A DNA stretch of 60,206 bases, filler included. It is 9 parts of 9 records of this genome, joined end to end, with 100 filler letters (N's around TTAATTAATTAA, not from the genome) between each part and the next. Parts side by side here need not be neighbours in the genome. Positions count along the whole stretch, not along the records: positions 53,378 to 60,206 come from SRR31147125_184916; 8 more parts are not named here. One strand, given 5' to 3'. Made by a program: the position numbers and the translations under genes. The first letter of the stretch is position 1; each line of letters begins with the position of its first letter. Shown in pieces: positions 54,122-60,206 of this stretch. The notes beneath the pieces are model-generated. The model was not told where the DNA came from and did no database searches. It saw nothing but the letters and a program-made list of their open reading frames with translations.

Positions 54122-56412
54122 CTATCGTTGCCTGAAATCGGGTTTCGCACTAATGAATTTGATGATAAAAGTGGTACCGCCGGACTGGTAACACTGCTCG
54201 GCCGAACCACAATGAATACAATTTTCAATACTGCCCGGGCACATCTTTTTACCGGTGGTAATGTATCGACATCGTTGAGATTCCATTGACAACTTGAGGG
54301 GAAAGCGCTCCGAGAAGACGCGAATGCGAAGCAAATCCAAACCGCGGCCACCAGCATTGAAATCAAAAGGCTTCCCGGTGGCATACTGATAAGTATCAGT
54401 GGTGGTAAAATAATTCCCATTAATCAACTGTTTATTTTCATCTGTAATGCCTATACCCGTATCCGATACAACCAACTCAGGTCCGGCATATCCCGCATTT
54501 AAGGCAACCCTGACCCGCCCATCGTCCGGAGTATATTCAACGGCATTGCGGACCAGTCCAGTGACGATTATGTTCAGAATTTCACCCGGCAGATCAATGA
54601 ACCCAACATCCATGTCCAAAGCGGTTTGCAAATCAATCCTCCGATGAGCAAACATAGATCTAAGTTGGGAAACTTTCTTCGCCACATAGCGGTTCAAGGA
54701 AATGTGCTCCGCGCGCAATGGCCCTCGACGAAAAAACTTATCGATATAATTACGAACTCGATATGATGACACCAAGCCATTATCCGTCTCCGCAATGGTT
54801 TCCAGTTCTCCGGTGCAAAGCTCCAATAAGGCCGTGAGGGATTGTTTAATGCAGCGCTCCGGCTCGCTTATGATGTCCTGCAGTTTATACTGCATATCAA
54901 CAATACGCTCTATATTCCGCTGACAACGATCGAGGATCTTCTTGTTCCTTATATTCTCAGCATCATATCCGCCAACCAGCATTTCAAATGATGTCGCCAA
55001 CACGGAAATAGGAGTGCGCAATTCATGGGACAGACGATCTATAATGCGGTCCTTGGCGTGGTTGAGCGTCTGTATGTCCTCGTAAGATTCACGCAATGAT
55101 GCATTTATCCTGGCGTTCTCGATGGGCATGGCCACCATGCCGGCGATGCTGTTCATCAAGGTGAGGTCATCGTGAGCGAAGTTTCCATCGATCCTGTTGG
55201 ACATGACCATGGCACCAATGATTCGTTTCTCGATTTTCAATGGAACCGCCATCATATTGCGCAGCGCTGCGCCAACGGTGTTCAATCGCCAGTTTTTAAA
55301 CGCCCGCTCATCATCGATATGATTGTTGATGTATGCGCGGCCGGAAAAGAGGATCGCGCCTGCTTGATCCTGATCGAAATTAGGGTAGTGACGCACAGGG
55401 TGTCGGAAAAGACCGATTTTTTTGACACGCCGGTACGAGAATAAAGCGTTTTTTCCTTCTTCTTTTTCAAGAGAATATAGGCGCTCTCCACATTCATTAA
55501 ACGCTGGGCTTCACAGACAATAAAGGTCAAGCAATTTTTCAAATCGCTGTAGTAGGGTAGCGCTTTGGCGATGTTGAACAGAGCCTTGGTAACCCGTGCA
55601 TCCTTTTTGGATTGCGTGATATCGCGCATGGTCGTGATTAGACCATTTGGTTCCCCGTTATGATCGTACAATGCGGAGCCGTCGTAAATCACATCCAATT
55701 CACGGCCGTCTTTGGTCAGGCGCTTGGTTTCCAAATCGTAGAAAACACCGTTGGTCACCAGGCTCGCTTTGCCAGTGAGGGTCTTTTTAATCTGGTTTTG
55801 GGGGATGGGCGCAAACGGATTCAGTTCAAGGTCTTCACGCGTCCATCCAAATGTTTTTTCATAGGCAGGATTGAGATAAGCCACACTATGGTCCATGTTC
55901 TGGACCAATAAAGGAATGGGTAAAAACTTTAAAAACGCACGATACCGTCGTTTCGACTGACGGCCTCTATCATGCAATTGCTCTATCTTTAGCGTGGACT
56001 GAACAATTTCCGCCTGGGATTGCGTTTCTGCAGTTACATCACGGACAACCCCCCGCACCCCATTGGAGTGCCCCCAGTCATCAATGATCACCCATGGCGA
56101 CACCGCCAAAATACGATTATTTCCGTCTTCGTGGTTAACCCGCAAAATGATGGGGTTGGCTTGGTTGCGGCAGTTCTTTATTTCGTCAACCCAACGTTTG
56201 GCAGACGAATCATCCACCGGGTCAAAAAAAGCGCCAAGACTATGATTGATGAGTTCCTCCGGGGGCCGACCGACCATTTTGCAGAACGAATCATTAATAA
56301 ATACAAGTTCTCCTGTCGTATTCGTTTCAAAAAAGCCGGTTGCGCTGTCATTGATGAGAACTTTATAGCGATCCAGCATTACTTGGCAATCGTCATCGGA
56401 ATACCCCGGCAT
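54122..56412 (-). CDS. PAS-PAS-GAF sensor histidine kinase, frameshift ~55380
   Basis: Two PAS domains (RDVT, RDIT), GAF (MAVPLK...IENAR), SHELRTP, LVRNAVEYT, DTGIGI, GRGLDL. Confidence 0.88.
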
Positions 56413-56440
56413 GGAGCGTCCCTTTCTTATATCCGTTTAT

Positions 56441-57365
56441 TCACAGAATGCTCTCTTCCAGATTGTTCACTAACCGCTTGATTCCGTCCCTGTCTTTGCT
56501 TAATCTCTTCTCAAAGAAATAATCCAACCGCTCGAAAAAACTGTTCCAGATGGGTTTACCACCCCCGAGAACGATTTCTTTCATGAACTCTGGCAGTTCT
56601 ATCATTTTAATCTTCGGCAGAAAAAAACAGCCCCTAACTGCATGGATTTTTTAATCGCATCGGCGTTGACTGCGTGTGCCGTTAGCATTACTGCAGGAAA
56701 TCCCAACTCCACACATCGTTTCAGAAGATCAAAACCATTTACGCCCATGATATCGAGAACAACAATATCGTACTTGTTTTCTTCAAGATATTTCAAAGCG
56801 GAATCGTGGTCGGAGGCCGTGTGGATTCGGCACATGCTGAGTATATCCCCCAGTGTATCCAGGACATCCGGCTCATCATCCACCAAAAGCACCTGCTTAT
56901 CATCAAGCACCGTGCCTGCGCTCAGTTCGGACGGTTTTAGAGAAAAACCGAGCAGTGTGCCCATCTGACAACACTGCTAATAACCTCTTCTGGTTTTGAT
57001 TTGCTTAGTGTATCGTCCGAAGCAATGATGACCAGGTCAGCATTATAGAAACGGGCAAATTTGGCGATTGCTTTGCCAGGGGAATGATCAATAACACATT
57101 CAACGTAATAGTCGAAGCTTACTGACTTGTCCCATTCCTTGGCAAAGGCCTTTAACATCTCCTTGGCACGCTTTTCAGCAGCAGCAGGGCTTCTCTTTTC
57201 AGAGCCCTCTTTCGGGTAATAAACATCCGACCATGGGTCGTGGATAATGTGCGCAAGGGCGATTTTCCCTTTGGATTTTGAGGCAATTTCGGTTGCCATT
57301 CGGATGGATGATTTGGATTTTTCCGAAAAAGAGACCAGACACACAATTTTTTTTAACGTTTCCAT
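56441..57365 (-). CDS. Probable universal stress protein-receiver domain fusion; frameshifts at A5 56943-56947 and A7 56621-56627
   Basis: USP part (KKIVCLVSFSEKS...ADLVIIA...VVRWAHCSVF); one added T continues SLKPSEL...VLLVDDEPD...VLDIMG...MLTAHA; one more T gives FFLPK...GGGKPIW...LEESIL*. Confidence 0.7.
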
Positions 57366-57529
57366 AAATTCCTCCTGTAATAGACGCTATTCGCTCCTTT
57401 TTGCCAGGCCTCGCGGCAGTTTCATTGCGCTACAAAAACCCAATGCTGGGCATAGGTACGATCATCTTTCCCCTCGATATTACCACCCTTGAATGATTTT
57501 TATTGTTGACAAACTTTCGACATTCACTT

Positions 57530-58215
57530 CTACAGACGGTGCAAATCGGATACGAGGTGGCCCAGCCCCAACCTTTCAAGCGTCGCCGGCGAAGGTTTAC
57601 CGGTTTCGGGATCCCATCCCATTTGGGTGTAATAATTGCGGCGCATGCTTTCCCAATGGGTCATATTGGTAACTTCGGTGATCCGGCAGTGGGCGAAACG
57701 GCATCCCCAGCATGTAGTCGGTGTATTTATAAATTCGGTGCGCAGGAAGTCCGGTGCGAACTTCTCATATTCAGGAAAAACATTCGCTTTCAGTTTCTTA
57801 GCTCCCATGACGGCGCCCAGACCATTGTGGGCGGCAACGTGGTCACCGGCAATACAGGCGAAACGCGCCATATTCTCTCCGGCTGGCCCGATGGCGTAAA
57901 CACTGCTTTTTCGTTCGATTCCCGACTTGATGATTTTCTCAGTCTCTCTGGTGCCCTTGCTCAATAGGTGCTCCGCGTTTCGTATTTCCGCTATTCCGCC
58001 GTGGATATGAAGATAACACCACTGACTGGCCGTTCCCTGAATGATAATGCCGTCAAATCCAGACAGTTTAAGGTATGCTGCAAAAATCCATTGGCTTGAG
58101 AGATTCCGGCCATGTTCGTTGCCGGCCCTTTGCTAATCACGGAAAAAATGCCGGTTCCACCAATGCGTGTTCCGCTCAGCGATCCGCTAAAAAACATGAT
58201 ACGATTTTTGGATCA
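57530..58215 (-). pseudogene. Aldehyde:ferredoxin oxidoreductase remnant with large internal deletions
   Basis: SKGPATN...SQANGF, LKLSGFDGIIIQG, IGPAGEN, GLGAVMGAKKLKA, CWGCRFAHC, YYTQMGWDPETGKP...LERLGL; about 230 codons against roughly 600 for a typical AOR. Confidence 0.8.
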
Positions 58216-58221
58216 GTGAAG

Positions 58222-59184
58222 TTACCTATCACCAAACAAAGGGGCTCTTGTCTTTTTAATCTTGACGCGCCAGACTTCGTTTTTCATTCCTTCGGTTACA
58301 TAAAGATAGCCTTCTTGGATGGCTACATTGGTTACCATCGGCCCTGCCTCTTTGGGCATACGCAACGCTCCGTACCTAAAGCCGTCTTTATCGAAAACCA
58401 CAATCTCACCGGCAAAAAATTCTGCCACATACAGGTTCCCTTCGCTGTCAACGGCCATGCCGTCTGGACCAATGCCGCCCTCTAAACGACAGAATACAAA
58501 AGCCGTTTCCGGCGACTTCTTCGCATTTTTGGACGGCTTGGAAATGATCCGTTTCTTGTCAAATTCAGCGATATAAACCCGTTGCCCGTTGCTTGATATA
58601 GCAATGCCATTGGGATAGGCCATGTTGTCCGCAAACAATTCAACCTTCGCATCGGGTCCGGGCGGCAGATAGAAAACACGCCCGATCGGCTCAAGGGCAC
58701 TTGATCCTGCCGCATCGGTAAAATACAGCCCCCCTTTTTCATCAAAAACCAAGTCATTGACGCCTCTAAATTTCTTGTTTTCATAGCTGTCCACGATCAG
58801 CTTACGGGCACCGGTCTTTGTATTTACTTCCATGAGCCCAAGCAATCGGTCGGTGACGAACAACCGGCCATCCTTGTGGAATTTCGCGCCATTTGGAGAA
58901 CTTTGGACGTCACCGACAGCCTTGCATTTGCCATCAACGACCTTAAAAACCTCTCCTGATGCGACACCAACCATCCATATCTGACCATCCTTGTCAAAGT
59001 TTATCCCTTCAGCGAATCCCCGGCATTCGGAAACGACTTTCTCCCAGCCGCAGGTATCGCAAATCTCTGAGACGCTGTGGCGTTGGGAACGTTGCGCCTG
59101 CTGCGCCATCACCGAATCGGTTAGGAAAAATAGAAATACTGCTGATGCGATGACTATGCACACCTGCCTAAAAATAGCTCTCAT
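58222..59184 (-). CDS. SMP-30/gluconolactonase/LRE family protein, exported
   Basis: FAEG, PNG, VNDL...YFTD, YPNGIA, PDGMAVD, TNVA; GAAGGAG RBS; signal-peptide-like N-terminus. Confidence 0.9.
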   Translation of the reverse strand: MRAIFRQVCIVIASAVFLFFLTDSVMAQQAQRSQRHSVSEICDTCGWEKVVSECRGFAEGINFDKDGQIWMVGVASGEVFKVVDGKCKAVGDVQSSPNGAKFHKDGRLFVTDRLLGLMEVNTKTGARKLIVDSYENKKFRGVNDLVFDEKGGLYFTDAAGSSALEPIGRVFYLPPGPDAKVELFADNMAYPNGIAISSNGQRVYIAEFDKKRIISKPSKNAKKSPETAFVFCRLEGGIGPDGMAVDSEGNLYVAEFFAGEIVVFDKDGFRYGALRMPKEAGPMVTNVAIQEGYLYVTEGMKNEVWRVKIKKTRAPLFGDR

Positions 59185-59237
59185 AACACGATTCTCCTTC
59201 TTATTTGTCTTAAGATGATCCATTTCTCGGCGTTCCC

Positions 59238-60206
59238 TTAACCGGTCATATTCGGCAAAAACAAAACGATTTGGGGAAATGCAATCATTAGGATTATAAG
59301 GACGATTTCAACTATCAGAAATGGAATGATTCCTTTGAAAATAGAAGGCATGGGGACATCCCGGGTAATACCGAAGATGACGTAGACATTCATCCCGATG
59401 GGAGGGGTGATCAAGGCCATTTCAATGACCATGACGATTATAATTCCGAACCAGATGGGGTCGTAATTCAGATGAACGATCAACGGGTAGAATATCGGTA
59501 TGGTGAGTAAAATCATCGATAAGGCATCGATAAAACAACCCAGAAACAGATAAAGCAGGATGATCATCAGCAAAATGGCCATCCCCGGTAAATGGAACTC
59601 GCTGATAATGCCGGCCAATTCCATGGGAATCGTTGTTATTGCCAGAAATTTATTGAAAACCATTGCGCCGACAAGAATCGTAAAAATCATTCCCGAGGTG
59701 CGTATGGTTTCCACAACTGCCTCTTTGAATCCCTGCCAGCTCAGGCGCCTTCTGATCAATGAGAATACAATCGCTCCAAATGCGCCAACAGCGCCGCCTT
59801 CAGTCGGCGTAAACCAACCCAGCATCAATCCGGCAATGATCAATATCACCAGGGTGATCATTTCAACGGATTCACCAAAAACCGATAATTTTTCCTTGAA
59901 CGTAAATGTTTCTCCACTTGCCGGGGCCAGAGCCGGATTCAAACGGGCGCGGAAAAAGGTCATGCCGATAAACATGAGTGTCAGCAACAGTCCCGGAACA
60001 ATACCCGCGATAAACAACTTGCCAATGGATTGTTCGGTAATGATACCATAAATGATCAGCACCCCGCTTGGTGGGATTAAAATTCCCAACCCTCCCCCCG
60101 CTGCGACACACCCGGTTGCCAACCCATTATCATATTTATATTTTTTCATTTCCGGGATCGCCACCATGCCCATGGTTACCGCCGTGGCCAGACTCGATGA
60201 ACTGGC
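59238..60206 (-). CDS. dctM: TRAP transporter large permease (5' partial)
   Basis: GGLGILIPPS, FTPTEGGA, LITPPIGMN. Confidence 0.93.
   Translation of the reverse strand, partial: ASSSSLATAVTMGMVAIPEMKKYKYDNGLATGCVAAGGGLGILIPPSGVLIIYGIITEQSIGKLFIAGIVPGLLLTLMFIGMTFFRARLNPALAPASGETFTFKEKLSVFGESVEMITLVILIIAGLMLGWFTPTEGGAVGAFGAIVFSLIRRRLSWQGFKEAVVETIRTSGMIFTILVGAMVFNKFLAITTIPMELAGIISEFHLPGMAILLMIILLYLFLGCFIDALSMILLTIPIFYPLIVHLNYDPIWFGIIIVMVIEMALITPPIGMNVYVIFGITRDVPMPSIFKGIIPFLIVEIVLIILMIAFPQIVLFLPNMTG

Overview
This window is not one locus. It is nine unrelated, probably metagenomic, contigs joined by eight artificial 100-bp spacers (N44-TTAATTAATTAA-N44). (1) 1-7417: capsule locus with kpsS-like, dual GT2, two sulfotransferase-fold genes, a vapBC insertion and gmd. 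(2) 7518-13621: high-GC fucA/fucK plus a sugar ABC transporter. (3) 13722-20357: Zn-ADH, an unknown protein, a calpain-like C2 protease and an ADP-forming acyl-CoA ligase. (4) 20458-25827: an intact but apparently catalytically dead IS481-transposase-derived gene directly upstream of a very acidic fliD, followed by a secreted beta-helix protein. (5) 25928-37222: anaerobic purine/urate cluster (ygeW, Se-dependent xdh, ssnA, ygfK, NCS2 permease, uncharacterised PLP enzyme). (6) 37323-42929: pectin locus (GH28, two GH105, an unknown protein). (7) 43030-48048: MGH1/GH63, SDR, cyclase and acsE. (8) 48149-53277: rnr and Cys-rich exported proteins. (9) 53378-60206: TRAP dctM, SMP-30, a deleted AOR remnant, a probable USP-receiver fusion and histidine kinases. 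About a dozen genes carry single-base frameshifts, mostly in homopolymers, which look like sequencing errors. The best candidate for an undescribed system is the DDE-dead, possibly domesticated IS481 transposase coupled to fliD. All family calls come from motifs recognised by eye; no searches were run.
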